64,000 bases of DNA from Vicugna vicugna. Lineage: Eukaryota. Both the position numbers and the translations under genes were made by a program. Under the pieces are notes generated by a model. That model saw only the letters and a list, made by a program, of their open reading frames with translations. It ran no database searches and was not told the DNA's origin. The DNA is taken from contig MU058824.1 in the NCBI GenBank assembly GCA_013265495.1, forward strand, positions 186,001 through 250,000, in the 5' to 3' direction. This document shows positions 13,450 through 27,562 of the stretch, piece by piece. Every line of letters starts with the position of its first letter. The first letter of the stretch is position 1.

Positions 13450-13952
13450 GGAATTCCATTTGCTCCTCCAGATGTATTCTTCACTTTTCTCTACCCTACG
13501 TTGTACCCAAGGCAGCCAACCTGTTTGGACCACACTAAAGTCTCCTTGGCCCCATGGCTTCTTATTGGGGAGAACAATCTGAATGGAGCGCGTAGGCAGG
13601 AGCTCAAAGCCAGGCGGGTGTCTTGGCTTTTATCCTCCTGTCTCCTCCTTTGGGCTCCCTGAAGACTGGCTGCTCCCTCAACCAAGTGCTTAGTACAGCT
13701 TCTGTCAGGCAGGGCTCTCCACTGAGATTTCTTTGTTTCCAGGTTCCTGTAACTGCCCTCTGCCTCCTCCTCTAGCCCCTTCAAGCCAACAGGTCTCTTC
13801 AGCAGTAGGGTCACAGACTGCATTATTACTGTGGTTTCTCTAATCTCTTCCCACTCTTTTGTAAACAGGTTTTGTGTTAAACACTCCTCAAATTATTCTC
13901 TTAAAGTGTGCCATCTATTCCCACCCCTTTCCCAGGGACCCTAATTGAGACA
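13450..13952 (+). mobile_element. Old ERVL-type LTR (LTR33-like)
   Basis: ccatttgctcctccagat start and taaacactcctcaaattat...gggaccctaattgagaca end resemble LTR33. Confidence 0.5.
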
Positions 13953-15244
13953 GTGCCCCTGGGAATTTTTCATGTAACTAAAATTTATATTATTGGTGTC
14001 AAAGCTTTTCCTCTGGCCAACAATAAGGGATAACCTAACCTATATTATTTACAAAATAGTATGCTATTGGTTATTGAAAAATCACATTTTTAAAAAATAA
14101 AAACGGGATACAAATAATATGTTGAATTGATCTCAGCTTTATAAAACCAAAGAAAACAAACAAATGTGTATGTATAAAAGTCTCAACTGATAAGTCCCAA
14201 AATGGTAATAGTTGCTTTTATAGTAACAGGATTATTTTTTTCTTTATGGTTTTCTATTTTTTCCCAGTTGTCTGCAATAATGCTACATTGTTATTATAAT
14301 GAAATATATATATATATATTATTTTTAAACATTTTACTTGATCAAATTATACACATTATAAAAATCATTTATTAATTAAGGTGAAAGTTAAATAAGACAA
14401 TGAAAGTATACTGTCTAGCATATGTGCCTAATACGTGGCACAGAGTAGGCATTCAATATGTCAATAATAATTTATTATTACAAAGCATATTTTATATACT
14501 TCTCTACATTATGAAACGAAATACAGAGAATAGAAATTAGCCTTTTCTGAATGACTCAGGAATATTAATTGTTATATTGTACTTTACTAGCATGATGCTC
14601 TGAGCTCAGTTAGTTCAATCCTATCATGTAACATATAAGAAAATCTGTAAAATAGAATCATCCCCAGAGAGATTAAGTGACTCCCCTGAGGTCCTATACA
14701 GCTAATTAGTGCTCTCAGCTCACCCTCTCTCTCTCTAAAGACTTCCTCTAAGATATCCTTCCTTCCCTTTGGAGAAATACTTCTTTTCCTGTATTTGTTA
14801 CTACCCACAACTTCATTAATTCTATTACAGGCTTTTTGTTAAGTAATTAAGTCTATTTCTATCTTTATCATAGTACATTGTGTACAATTTTTTCTTCACT
14901 CTCCTGGTTCAGTTCTATTTTGATTCTGAAAATGGAACTAATCAAGTGAAATAAATACTAGTGATAGAACACAGTAAAAAGGAAATCAAAAAGTCTCAGA
15001 GTAAAATTAAATTTAATAAAGAATGAATGCTATCACCTTTTAGAGCCAATTAACACGTATTGTAGTCCTCTTCAGAAATCACACAAATGTTCATTGTCAC
15101 ATTTCTCCAACTATTTATCCTAAGAGTACTTTGGTGAAGTATACTTTATATATTAAAAATGGACGGGTTTAAGTGTAAAGCTTAATGAATTTTGACAAAC
15201 ATATATACTTGTGCAACCATTGTCTAGATCAAGATAAAGAAATG

Positions 15245-15715
15245 TGCTATAAACAAAGAAAGATGGATAATGTTGCTCATCAACCAGTTCTTAGATTAAG
15301 CTGCTGCAGTCATTGATTTATTGTGCACTCTGTGCTTCAGACAGAGGAAATTAAAATGATAACAGGATGCTCTGCTCTTTGGACAAACAGGTCCTTAGAT
15401 TGTTACATGTATCTCAGAAAGAATTTTAAGGAATGCACTTCTTGCACCTACCCATACATAGAAAAGCACCAAAATCATTGACTCACTGTATCTTTTTTTT
15501 TTTTTTGACTAGCAGTAATCTGTTACCAAGATGTATAATTTACTTCCTGTATTCCCCAGCCAAAAATCATATGTAAGCTAGCCTCCCCGGCGACCTCTTC
15601 AGAGCAGTTTCTCAGAGCTACTGGAAGTTTGTCTCCCGGGCTATAGTTCTCAACAAGTCCCTAAATGGAACTTAGCTCACAGCTCTTACACTGTGCATTT
15701 TTCTTTCAGTCAACA
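15245..15715 (+). mobile_element. ERV1-class solo LTR
   Basis: TG...CA ends (ttttctttcagtcaaca), LTR-like internal motifs; interrupts an L1 fragment. Confidence 0.55.
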
Positions 15716-17128
15716 AAATTTTCAGTCAGAAAACTCCCCTGTTTCCTTCCTGTCTTTCCATGCCCTGCACCCCTCTCCCCCGCCCCCTGCCAGGGCACAG
15801 CACAGCCACTGTTCTGATTTCATTGCTTGACTTTGTCTGTTCTTGAACGTCCTAAAAACAGAATCATGCAGTGTGTACTGTTATCATGTATATGAATTGT
15901 TCATTCCTGCATACTACTGTGTAGTATTCTACTGTATGAATATACCATAGTTTCTTTATCAGTTGATAGACAGTTGGGTTGTTTCCAGTTTGGGCTATTA
16001 TAAATAAAGCTGTTATGATAATTCCTGTACAAGTCTTTTTTTGGACCTGTGCACTCATTTCTTTTAGGTATACGCCTAGGAGTGGAAATGCTTTATCATA
16101 GAAATTGCTCTATCATGGTGCATGTTTCAGGTTATAGGAGACTTTCAAGCACTTTTTCAAAGTGGTTGTTATATTTTATGCTCTCTCACATTACCCCACG
16201 TCTTCACCAATACTTAGAATTACCAGCCTTAAATTTTAGCCATTTTGGTGTGTGTGTGTGTGGTCGTATCTCATTAAGATCTCAATTTGTTGAGCGCTTT
16301 TTCATAAATTTAGTGGTCATTCAGATCTCTTCTTTTGTGGAGACTCTGTTCAAATCTTTTGCCCATTTGAAAAATTGTGTTGCCTTTTAATTATTGATTT
16401 GTGAAAGTTCTTTAGATATTCTGCTAACTGTCCTTTGTCTGATGTATTTATTGCAAACATATTCTTCTAGTCTGTAGCTCGCTGTTTCACTTCTTTAAAG
16501 GGTCATTTAACATGCAGAAATTTTTTATTTTTATGGAGTCCAAGTCATTAGTTAGTGAATTGCATATTTGCCTACCTCAGGGTCATGAAGAGGCATTTTC
16601 CTATGTTGTCTCCTGGAAAACTTATAGGCTTACCTTTCACATTTATGCTCCTATTAAACTTGCCTTTCCTAGAATTCAGATCATATTTAAAGCCATGGGA
16701 ATAGACAAAATCACGCAGAGAGGGTGTAGAGAGAGGAAAGGAGGGACTAATATATACCAATCAAATTTCCAATAGCATTTTTCATGGCATTTGAGTAGCT
16801 GATTCTAATACTTGTCTAAAAGAAGAACTGCTCAAGAACAGTCCAGAGACTTTTGCAAAGAACAAATTTATAGGGTTTGTTCTACCAGATGTTAAAGATA
16901 TGTAATTTAATATATACATTACTGTGGACAAATATGCAATTTTAACAAAGGAATAAAATAGAGTTCAAGCATAAATAAAAATATAAGCACATGGGAGAGG
17001 CTATGCAAGTCCATAAATGGTATTGAAACAGCCATCTATCCATTTAGAAAAGAAAGAAAATTCTTACCCTACACTAAGACAAAAATAAATTCTGAATGGA
17101 TTATAGAGCTTAACAATAAGGATTTATA

Positions 17129-17296
17129 GGGGGAAGGTTATAGCTCAGTGGTAGAGTGTGTGCCTAGCATGTGTGAGGTCATGGGTTCAATCCCCAGTAC
17201 CTCCACTAAAATAAATAAATAAACAAACCTAATTACCCCCAAAATTAATTAATTAAAAATACACTAAATAAATAAATGAGAGAAAAAATTTTAAAA
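17129..17296 (+). mobile_element. tRNA-derived SINE (Vic-1-like)
   Basis: A-box tagctcagtggtagag, B-box gggttcaatcccc, A-rich tail; TSD aataaggattt(a/g)ta at 17115-17128 and 17297-17310. Confidence 0.92.
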
Positions 17297-17759
17297 AATA
17301 AGGATTTGTATAAGTGCTAACAGCAAATATAAGAAATTTGTTTATAATCTTGATTAATACCTTATTCAAATGCAAAAGAATGACAATTAACTATATAAAA
17401 ATCGTCTTCTGCATGAGATCATAAGCAAAGTTAAAAGGCAAGCAAACTAGAACAATGAAATACCATTTTTCAAGACCAGATTCACAAAAGTGTATTAATC
17501 AAAAAACACCTGTTGTGTGACAAAATGGGTACCTCGGTACATTGTTAATGCACATTAAAATTGATATAAACTTTTTTGGAGAACAGTACCTAGGAGTTAG
17601 AATTTTAAGTGTGTAATCCTTTGAATCTAGAAATTCCACTCCTATATAACTATTCTAGAGCAATTCTTACATATATGCACCAAAAAGCACATATGAGGGA
17701 GTCACTAGAGCATTAAAATTGATAAATAGTGTTTGTTTAAAAATATATAATTTAAGTAT

Positions 17760-18560
17760 ATATATAATTTTTATTTTTCAATTATACCTCAATATATATA
17801 TTCTTTTTCAGATTCTTCTCCATCATATGTTATCACAAGATACTGAATATAGTTCCCTGTGCTATACAGTAAGTCCTTGTTGCTTATCTATTTTGTATAT
17901 AGTAGTGAGTATCTTTTAATCCCATACTCCTAATTTATCCCTTCCTCTCTTTCCTCTTTAGTAACCATAAATTTATTTTCTATGTGAGTCTTGTTCTGGT
18001 TTGTAAATAAGTTCATTTGTCTCATTTTTTTAGATTCCACATATAAGTGATGTATAATATTTATCCTTCTCTATTTGACTTCCTTCACTTTAGTATGATA
18101 ATCTCTAGTTCCATCCATGTTGCTGCAAGTGGCATTATTGTATTCTCTTTTTTTGGCTCACTAATATTCCATTGTATATACATACTACATATTCTTTATC
18201 TATTCATCTGTTGATAAACACTTGGGTTGCTTCCATGTCTCGGCTATTGTAAATAGTGCTGCTGTGAACATTGGGGTGCATGTGTCTTTTTGAATTAGAA
18301 TTTTTATCTTTTCTGAATACATACCCAGGAGTGGGATTGCTGTATCATGTGGTAACTCTATTTTTATTTTTTTAAGGGACTTCCGGTGGAAAACCACTGT
18401 TTTCCATAGTGGCCGCACCAATTTACATTTCCACCAACAGTGTAGGGAGGGTTCCTTTTTCTCTACACCCTCTGCAGCATTTGATATTTGTCGACTTTTT
18501 GACGATGGCAATTCAGACTGGTGTACAAAACTCATTGTAGTTTTGATCAGCATTTGTTTA
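17760..18560 (-). mobile_element. L1 3' fragment
   Basis: Minus ORF 18200-18553 contains [23 protein letters not shown] (L1 ORF2 C-terminus). Confidence 0.9.
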
Positions 18561-19659
18561 CCAAGTGTTCCTCTATTACAGTTTCTAGGAGTTCCTAGGA
18601 GTTTCTACCAAGCCACTGACACCCATTCTCAGGTTTTGATACACATGTAAAGTCAGTTATAAGAGGTGTTCACATTAAAACATGAAAAATTGTGTATTTA
18701 AAATTGATAAAATATGTGTGCTACACAACAAGATCTCTTCTGGTACATATTACATGAAGAGAGAAATTTGCAAAAAATACACAAAATATAATTCCATTTA
18801 TGGGAAAAAAACCCCAAGTGTTTCTGTGGCAGACACTGCAGCTTGGCTCCCAGAGCTATTCATAATCTGCTCTTCTTTTTAACTTCTAAAAGCTTTATTG
18901 AGATATAACTTACAGACCATGCAATCCATTTATTGTAAGTGTATGGTTTGATGAGTGTTGGTAATTTTATACTGCTGTGCAACCATCACAATTTAAGTGA
19001 TTTAAAAATGCTTCCAGGCCCAGTAGTGCTGGAGCACCCTTGGGAACATGGGGGAGCGTCAGGAAGTGGGCAGAGTCTGGCTGAGACTACAGAGTTACTT
19101 TGGGCTTGTGGAATGGTGGGGACAAGTTTCTGTGTGGAAGGAATGACAAAAAGCTTCAGTTCCAAATACTTCCTTTCATTTAGTCATTCAAGAAATAAAC
19201 ATGAGTGTCTACTATATGCAGACTCTCAGTAAGCAAGAGGGGTGCATTCCCTGTTTCCCCATCTGCAGGTGTTGAAAGAACAAGCATTAACAGGGTGCTG
19301 GAATGAGTACAACAGAGCAAAAACTTGAGTGAGGGGTCAGGGTTGGATGGGAGGTGAGGAAGGGGGATTACTGAGCTGGTATAGGTCAGGGTCCAAATAT
19401 AAACATGTCAGGGCAATGACACTCAGAGCAGTGTCCTTTGAGTCCACAAATATTTTTTTAAAGAGATCTTTATTTTGAATTCCTTTTGTTCTCACTTTAC
19501 ATTGATTCTTTTTTTTTCCTAAGGTATTTTCTCTTTTATTATTTTTATCAATTTTCTTCATCCCAATATATATGCTAAAAATTGATTTCATTCACTGATA
19601 CCTTTACGGTGACATTTCCTTCTTTCTACTTTTTTATTATGTTTTCCCACTTCAGTATT

Positions 19660-19825
19660 ACATCACTGGTTTATTACAAAAAAGGATATAACTTGGGAAC
19701 AGCCAGGTGGAAGAGGTAGGGCACAGAGCAAGTTATGGGGAGAGGAGCCGTGAGCTACCGTGCTCTCTGAGTGAGCCGCTCTCCCTGAATCTCCAGGTGT
19801 TTGCCAAAATGGAAGCTCCCACAAA
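19660..19825. mobile_element. LTR fragment (MER21-like)
   Basis: ggtttattacaaaaaaggatataacttgggaacagccagg...gagcaagttatggggagagg motif recalled from MER21. Confidence 0.45.
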
Positions 19826-22342
19826 TCTTTATTTGACCCACTGCACCATGTTCAACAGCATTCTTTTCTAAACCCATCAGCTCTTACAATTGCTAGCTTG
19901 GTTTTCAGAAATCTCCATCAGACTGTAAGCGCTTTGCGAGCAGAGACTGGGTCTTGCCCATAATGAAATCCTTAGCTCTAACACAGTTCCCAGCAAATAG
20001 CAAGGCCCACCTCCATAAAAATATAAGAAGACCGTATCCTTTGACCAAAGGATTGTGTGATGTGCAGTGTATAAAGATGAATGAGACTTCAGTCCTGCCT
20101 TCTCAGAGTTGACGTTTTAGTGAGAGCTGAGGACAGACTTCCCACAATAATACAAGTGAAGGAAAGGAGGAGTAAATTGGGCAAATAAGCAGGGATGGGC
20201 TTGTAGATGTTAAGACCATTAATTTTCCTACTAGTCCTGAGGCTTTCCACTGTGGTCTCTAAGTAGTGAGGCCCACGATATACAGGGTATGTAAAAGGTG
20301 GAGGACTCTGCCTCAGGATGCCCATTTAACAAAAACCAATACTGTGCTGCAGAAGGCGATACTATATTGTGAAAGCCTAATTAGCTACAGCCTATATTCA
20401 GATTACTGATCGTTGCAGCAAGGGACAGGGGAGTGGCAGACACACCCCAGATGTCCAGGGACACCGTTCAACAAGAGGGAGGAAGCTGCAAGGCAGCATT
20501 TCTGTAAGGTTGTAGTTCCCATGGAAGGCTCCAAAGACAGTCAGAGGGAAGTGGGGAATCGGTTCTGGACTGGCTGCTCTTTCTAAGGCAGGGGCACAAG
20601 TGGGCTAAACTAGTTGGGTGCTGTCTATTGACAGGGTGTCCTGGTCAGTCATGGGGAAGACACTGCAAGATGACAACATGGATGGGTGGGACCAAACAAT
20701 GGAAAACAGTAGTAAGAAACATTCCACAGGATGAATCTGCAAACTAAAGTTCAAAGTACAAATGGAAGATGCACTCCTGAGGGAACGGAGGATAGAGAAA
20801 AGAGAAAAAGTTTAAGATTCCCAAAGGCGTGAAGGAAGAACGTTCATGAAAGAGAACAGAATAATGAAATATACTGGAAGGGAAAATCATAGTGAGATAA
20901 AAATCTCAATAAACAAGATAAATTCTGGAATGAACACTGTATTAAAAAAAAAAGACTTGGGAAATAGTACAGATCAGTTCATCCCAAGAACCCACAGAGA
21001 CAAAAAGATTGCTTTAAAAATATGAAAAAGCAGTTGAGAAACATGGAGGCTAGTTTGAGACATTCCAAATATATAATTAACAGGGATGAATGATTATGTA
21101 TGTTATGTGAATTGTATCTCAATAAAGCTGCCTAAAAATAAATTAAAAATAGATCAGAGAGAAAGTCCTAGATATACACTAGCGAATCTGTAAAATTATA
21201 GGGAATAAGAAAAACTTAAAGACTACAATACAGAAGTACAAAGTGTATGCTGTCCTCCTTCACCTAATCCCCCAGTATTACTTCCCTCTCCATCAATCAT
21301 CCCTATCTACAGCTTGGTGTATGGGTGTACATATATATCAATATTTGTATAAATATCTATACATTTATCTATATCTATAGCTATCTATCCATATTTATAC
21401 AAATATGTAGTTCCATGTATGTGTTTTCTTTGTTTTTAATTAATAAAGTGGATCTTACAATACATTTGCTATACAACTTTCTCTCTTCATGTAACAATAC
21501 ATCGCAAGGGTTAGATTCATTTTTATTTTTTACTTTAAAGTCTTTTCTTCTTTTAAATGTTATTTTAAAATAATGTTTGTTAATTTGTGTCAAATTCAGA
21601 GAAAAGAGGAGCCCATAATCCCACCACCCATCTATTGATATTTTTAAAATAAAAAGTAATAACCAACCACTCATGGCTAGAAAATGGAAACAGTTAAAAA
21701 AAAAATGAATTAACACAATATTGTAAATCAACTATACTTCAATAAAAAAAAAACCCAAAAATTAAAAACAAAAAAAGAAAAGAACAACATGATAGAATGT
21801 GATTCTTCCTGGAAAAAAATTATATTTATTAACATATACTATCTACATAGGTTTTTTTGTTTTAAAAGTTAACACAAAGGAATCATTATACCATTGTGCC
21901 AGACATTGATTTTTCACTTAATAGTATACCTTGGAGATCTTTGCATATTAATATATGTAAAGCTATAGTATTCTTTTCTTTTTAATGGATTCATAATATT
22001 CGATAAAATGTAATATATTGAACGTAAGTACAACCACTTACTCTATACGGAATACATTGTGTGTAACCACAATCATTTATATCCTCTAATGTTCCTTTAA
22101 TAGTTTTCTAATGACAATCACTTAGGTTGTTTCCAGTGTCTTGCTTCTGCAAACATTGCTCCTACTAAACATCCTTGTTCACGCATTTTTGTGCGTATGT
22201 GTGAATATTTTTCGCTGACAAATTTCTAGATTTGGCATTCTGAGTTAATACTTATGGACACTTAAAATTTTGATGATCATTGTTCAATTTGCCTCCCAAA
22301 AAATGCTGCATGAATTTACACTTTGTTAAAACAAAATATCTG

Positions 22343-22484
22343 GGGGGGAGGGTATAGCTCAAGTGGTAGAGTGCATGCTTAGCATGCACAAGGTCCTGGG
22401 TTCAACTCCAGTACCTACATCGAAAAGCCAAATAAATAAATAAACCTACTTCCCCCTACAAAAAAAAAAAAAAAAAAGAATGCT
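22343..22484 (+). mobile_element. tRNA-derived SINE (Vic-1-like), young
   Basis: A/B boxes, long poly(A), perfect TSD ttaaaacaaaatatctg at 22326-22342 and 22485-22501. Confidence 0.93.
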
Positions 22485-22979
22485 TTAAAACAAAATATCT
22501 GAGTGCTTTTTTTCTTCACTTCTCATTAATACAGGATAGTATCAATTTTTAAAATCTTTGCATGGATAATGAAAACATCACATTATTTTAAAATGGCATT
22601 TTCCTAATTACTAGTGGGAAGTACAACATTTCATAGGCTTCAGATTATTTAAGTTTCTTTTTCAAGATCATTTTTTGGGATGGTTTCTGTGTGGTGCAAG
22701 TGCGTGTGTGTGTGTGTGTATGTGTGTGTGTAAATAATCTACATCTTTTTTATCTGTTATGATATCTTTTTACCACATCAAAGCCTGAAATTTTTACGAA
22801 ATCTGATGGTCAATCTTTTTCTTATGGATATCAGGTTTAGTTATTCTCTTAAACATTACATGCCCAAGAAAATACTGTTTTATATTTTCTTTGTAACATT
22901 TTTAAAAAACATTTTATTTCTTAAGACTTTATTTATTCTGCTAATTGTGAATTTCTTAAAGCCAAGAACAAGATTTTCT

Positions 22980-23063
22980 AATGGAGGGGGGTAATTAGGT
23001 TTATTTTTTAAAGTTTTAAGCATGTTAAACATGCACTCTACCATTGAGCTGTACCCTCCCTCC
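22980..23063 (-). mobile_element. Internally deleted SINE (B-box region missing)
   Basis: SINE tail (gtaattaggttt) joined almost directly to the A-box end (ctctaccattgagctgtaccctccc). Confidence 0.75.
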
Positions 23064-23099
23064 CAAAGATAATAATTAATCCAGGTAACTTTTAAATTT

Positions 23100-23226
23100 T
23101 TCTCATTTTTTGGGGGGGTGGTAATTAGTTTTTTATTTATTTATTTTAATGGAGTTACTGGGGATTGAACCCAAGAACTCGTACATGCTAAGCACATACT
23201 CTACCACTGAGCTATACCCTCACTCC
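23100..23226 (-). mobile_element. tRNA-derived SINE (Vic-1-like)
   Basis: ggggattgaacccaag...ctctaccactgagctataccctc. Confidence 0.9.
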
Positions 23227-23370
23227 TAAACATTTAGTTGTTAGGTTGGGATATAAATAAAATTTTGACTTTTCAAATCCATAGCCAGTGATCCCAACAT
23301 CATTTACGGAATCATCTTTTCCTTCACTGACTTGAAATGTCACTTTATCATGTAGTAAACTCTGATATAA

Positions 23371-23417
23371 ATACATATATATACACACATATGCGTACAT
23401 ATACATGTATGCATACA

Positions 23418-23448
<31 letters not shown>

Positions 23449-23471
23449 ACATGTACATACGTACATATACA
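23371..23471. repeat. Compound alternating purine-pyrimidine microsatellite (TA/CA/TG)
   Basis: About 100 bp of RY alternation including (TG)n. Confidence 0.9.
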
Positions 23472-25499
23472 AATCCTTTCCTTTTTGGCCCTGATTGTGT
23501 TCTGTTCTGCACTTTGCTTTTTTTATTGAACAATAGATCTTGGAAAGCTTTCAATGTCAATATTTATAGTTCTGCCTCATTCTTTTTAATAACTATTTAG
23601 CATCCTATTGTTTCCTTCCAAAGCACATTTAAGTAGTTCCCAGTCCCTTGCCATAACAAACAATGCTCCAGTGAATCAAAGGAACTTTAAAATCATCTTG
23701 TCGAGTTCTATTTTTTTAAAAATCCAATTGGGATTTTAAGTGAAGTTGCCTTGAGATTAATAGATTTAATTTGGGCAAAAGAAACATCACTATATTTGAG
23801 TCTTCCAAATCAGACCACATAGAATATCTTTGTTTCCATTTAGTTAGAAGGAAAACAATTTACATCCTTTGGCACCGAGGACTGAACCCTGCCCCTGAGA
23901 GTGAAGCCTAGAAATAACAATTAGAAGAAGAAATTTTTTGACAAAAGTTCTTTTTTCACCTTTGGAAGTTATTTACAATGTTGATTTATTTAACTCACTA
24001 TTTTTGACTGCCATTTGCACAGTATCTATTCATCAAAAAATATTTTCTAAATGCCTTAATATCAGGTATTAGTAAATACACCACATACAATCGTTTTGTG
24101 AAAAGCATGTGATTTAACATAGATATATTATGTTCATTTTGTGAACATGTTTGTACAATGTGCAAGGGACTTGGGGCAGTGTTAAAGTGCTATAATTTGG
24201 TTGGGTTAATGGGATTTCTAAGTGAAAAATGAAGCTGTGTGATTCCCAGGAGAAACCAGAAAGAACTTGGAATGCTGCTATCTTAGATATGTGCTAATGT
24301 GGCTTTTATCAGTGAGGAGGGAGGTACTAGAAAATTATTGCACAAATAGTTTACATTTAGGAGGTTTTTTTCCAAGCTACATTTTAAATTCTATTACGGT
24401 GGATATTTAATTGTAACAAAAAATAGGTTGCATTTGCATTAGCATACCCCAGATAACACCTAATTGACACATAAATTTCATTGAGAGGCAATATTCCTAC
24501 TTCATTAGCATACTTGCTACAAGAATCCTGTGATGAAATAATTAAACACATTTCAAATAAAGGTTAATTGATAAGTTTATTCTGCTGGGAAGGGTTGTGA
24601 GTTCAGGAAACAGTCACAGAAGAAGTCTAGTTCTATAATGCGTTTTAAAAATATTTCTCCTATAATCATCATTTATTTTTACGTGCACCATAATTGATTT
24701 TAAAACAAATATAAGTGCCTTTTTCCTCAACTGGAGATAGTCTAAATAGTCTTTTATATTGATTGCGTTAATTATAACCAGGATCTGTAAAGTTGCATAG
24801 TAGCTAGTTAAGTATTACAAAATCTGTGAATAAACTGAAGTTTAATTTCCCTTAGTACACATAGGATAAATAGATAAAATTTCATGCACCAAATGAGGAA
24901 ACAAGCATTGTACTCTTAACGGTAAGAGTTGCATAACAATAACTATGTTATAATATTAAAGTATACTTTCACATGGAATTTGGCACAAAGTATAGTCTTG
25001 GCAAATATCAATTTCCTTCCTTTCTTCTTCTCTCCTCTTTATTATATTGAATTTTTCTTATTAAATATGGTATTTTTGGTTTATTTAAAGAAGAAAAATT
25101 TCAGCAAGCATTGAGCACACATACTATTGTAACCCAGTCTTCCAACCCTCCAGGATGACCCAAACTGAAGGGAATATAATTCGATGACTGAGAAAGGAGG
25201 GAAAGGGAACTATAGACTAACAGGAGCAGGCAATTGTCTCAACCAAGCCTCAGGCAAATTGCAGGCAAAAGACAAGGGATTTAAACCCTTTCTCCAGATC
25301 GATTTTAATGGAATTTTGTTATTTACACTAGTTGACTGTGTGAGAAAGAGCTTAATTTTTATTTTTATTTGTGAATTAAATCTTTTGTGTCATTTACTGT
25401 AATCCTGAATAACAGCTGAGCAGACCTTAAAAGAATATCTTAGATTAGGGAAAGTGAAAATCCAGAACCTGCAGCTGGTGCTTCCACTAGTTTTTATCT

Positions 25500-27418
25500 T
25501 TTTATTTTTAAATCATTTAAAAAATTGAAGTATTGTTAATTATTGTTAGTTTCAGGTGTACAGCAAAGTAATTCATGTATATATATTCTTTTTCAGATTC
25601 TTTTCCATTTTAGGTTATTACAAGATACTGAATATAATTCCCTGTGCTATACAGTAAGTCCTTGTTGTTTATCTATTTTATATATAGTAGTGTGTATGTG
25701 TTAATCCCAAACTTCTAATTTATCCCTCCCCCACTTTCCCCTTTGGTAACCATAAGTTTGTTTTCTATGTCTGTGAGTCTATTTCTGTTTTGGAAATAAG
25801 TTCATTTGTATCTTTTTTTTTAGATTCCACATATAAGTGATATCATATGATATTTGTCTTTCTCTGTCTGACTTAATTCACTTTAGTATGATAATCTCTA
25901 GATCCATCTGTGTTGCTGCAAATGGCATTATTTCATTCTTTTTTATGGCTGAGTAGTATTTCATTGTATATATATGTGTGTGTGTCTGTATATATATATT
26001 ATATCTTCTTTATGCACTTATCTGTTGATGGACATTTAGGTTGCTTCCATGTCTTTGCTATCATAGATAGTGCTGCTGTGAACATTGGGGTGCATGTATC
26101 TTTTCAAATTAGAGTTTTCTCCAGATATATGCCCAGGAGTGGGATTGCTGGATCGTATGGTAACTCTGTTTTTAGTTTTTTAAGGAATCTCTGGAATGTT
26201 TTCCATAGTGACTGCACCAATTGACATTCCTACCAACAGTGTAGGAGCGTTCCTTTTTCTCCACACCCTCTCCAGCATTTATAATTTGTAGACTTTTTAA
26301 TGATGGCCATTCTGACTGGTGTGAGGGGATACCTCATTGTGGTTTTGGTTTGCATTTCTCTAAATATTAACAATATTGAGCATCTTTTCATGTGCTTGTT
26401 GGCCACCTGTATATCTTCTTCGGAGAAATGCCTGCTTAGGTCTTCTGTGCATTTTTTGATTAGGTTGTTCACTTTTTTGCTGTTAAGTTGTATGAGCTAT
26501 TTCTATTTTTGGAAATTAATCCCTTGTTGGTAGCATCGTTTGAAAATGTTTTCACTCAACCTGTAGGTTGTCTGTTCATGTTGTTGATGGTTTCTTTTGC
26601 TGTACAAAAGCTTTTCAGTTTAATTAGGTCCTATTTGTTTATTTTTGTTTTTATTTCCATTACTCTAGGCGACAGGTCCAAAAAAATATCACTGTGATTT
26701 ATCTCAGAGTGTTCTGCCTGTGTTTTCCTCTCGGAGTTTTATAGTATCCAGTCTTACATTTAGGTCTTTAATCCATTTTTAGTCCATTTTTGTATATGAT
26801 GTTAGAGAATGTTCTGATTTCATTCTTTTACATGTAGCTGTCCAGTTTTCCCAGGACCGCTTATTGAAACGACTGTCTTTTCACAAGTGTATTTTCTTGT
26901 CTTCATCGTCATATGTTAATTGACCATAAGTTCATGGGTTTATTTCTGGGGTTTCTATCCTGTTCCATTGATCTATGGGTCTGTTTTTGTGCCAGTACCA
27001 TACTATTACTGTAGCTTTGTAGTCCAGATTCAGGGAGTATGATTCCTCTAGCTCTGTTCTTCTCTCTGAAGATTGTTTGACAATTCAGGATCTTTTGTGT
27101 TTCCATACAAATAAAGAGAAATGAAGGGAGTAATTCCATTTACAATCACATCAAAAAGAATAAAATACCCAGGAATAAACCTACCTAAAGAGACAAGAGG
27201 CCTGTGCTCTGAAAACAATAAAACACTGATGAAGGAAATTGAAGATGTCACAAAGAGATGGAAAGATATACCATGTCTTGGATTAGGAGAATCAATATTA
27301 TTTAAATGATTATATTACCCAAGGCAATCTATAGATTTAATGCAATCCCTATCAAATTACCAATGGAATTTTTCACAGAACTAGAACAAAAAAAATTTTT
27401 TTAATTTGTATGGAAACA
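25500..27418 (-). mobile_element. 5'-inverted (twin-primed) L1: sense part 25500-27112 on -, inverted part 27113-27418 on +
   Basis: L1 ORF2 peptides on - ([14 protein letters not shown]) switch to + (IPFTITSKRIKYPGINLPKE); 15-bp overlap duplicated in inverted orientation at 27098-27112 and 27404-27418. Confidence 0.88.
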
Positions 27419-27431
27419 TTAGTCTTTATTT

Positions 27432-27562
27432 ATTTATTTTTTTAAATTTTGGGGGTAATTAGGTATTTATTTATTTATTTATCCTTAATGGAGGTACTGG
27501 AGGTTGAACCCAGGACCTTGTGATGTAGGCATGCACTCTACCACTGAGCTATACCCTCCCCT
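27432..27562 (-). mobile_element. tRNA-derived SINE (Vic-1-like) at the L1 5' boundary
   Basis: A/B boxes; flanks tagtctttattt and tagtttttattt. Confidence 0.9.

Noticed and set aside
17129..17205. tRNA-like sequence with A and B boxes (also at about 2730, 22343, 23160, 27500, 35836, 61611)
   Set aside because: SINE heads with A-rich tails and TSDs, not tRNA genes.
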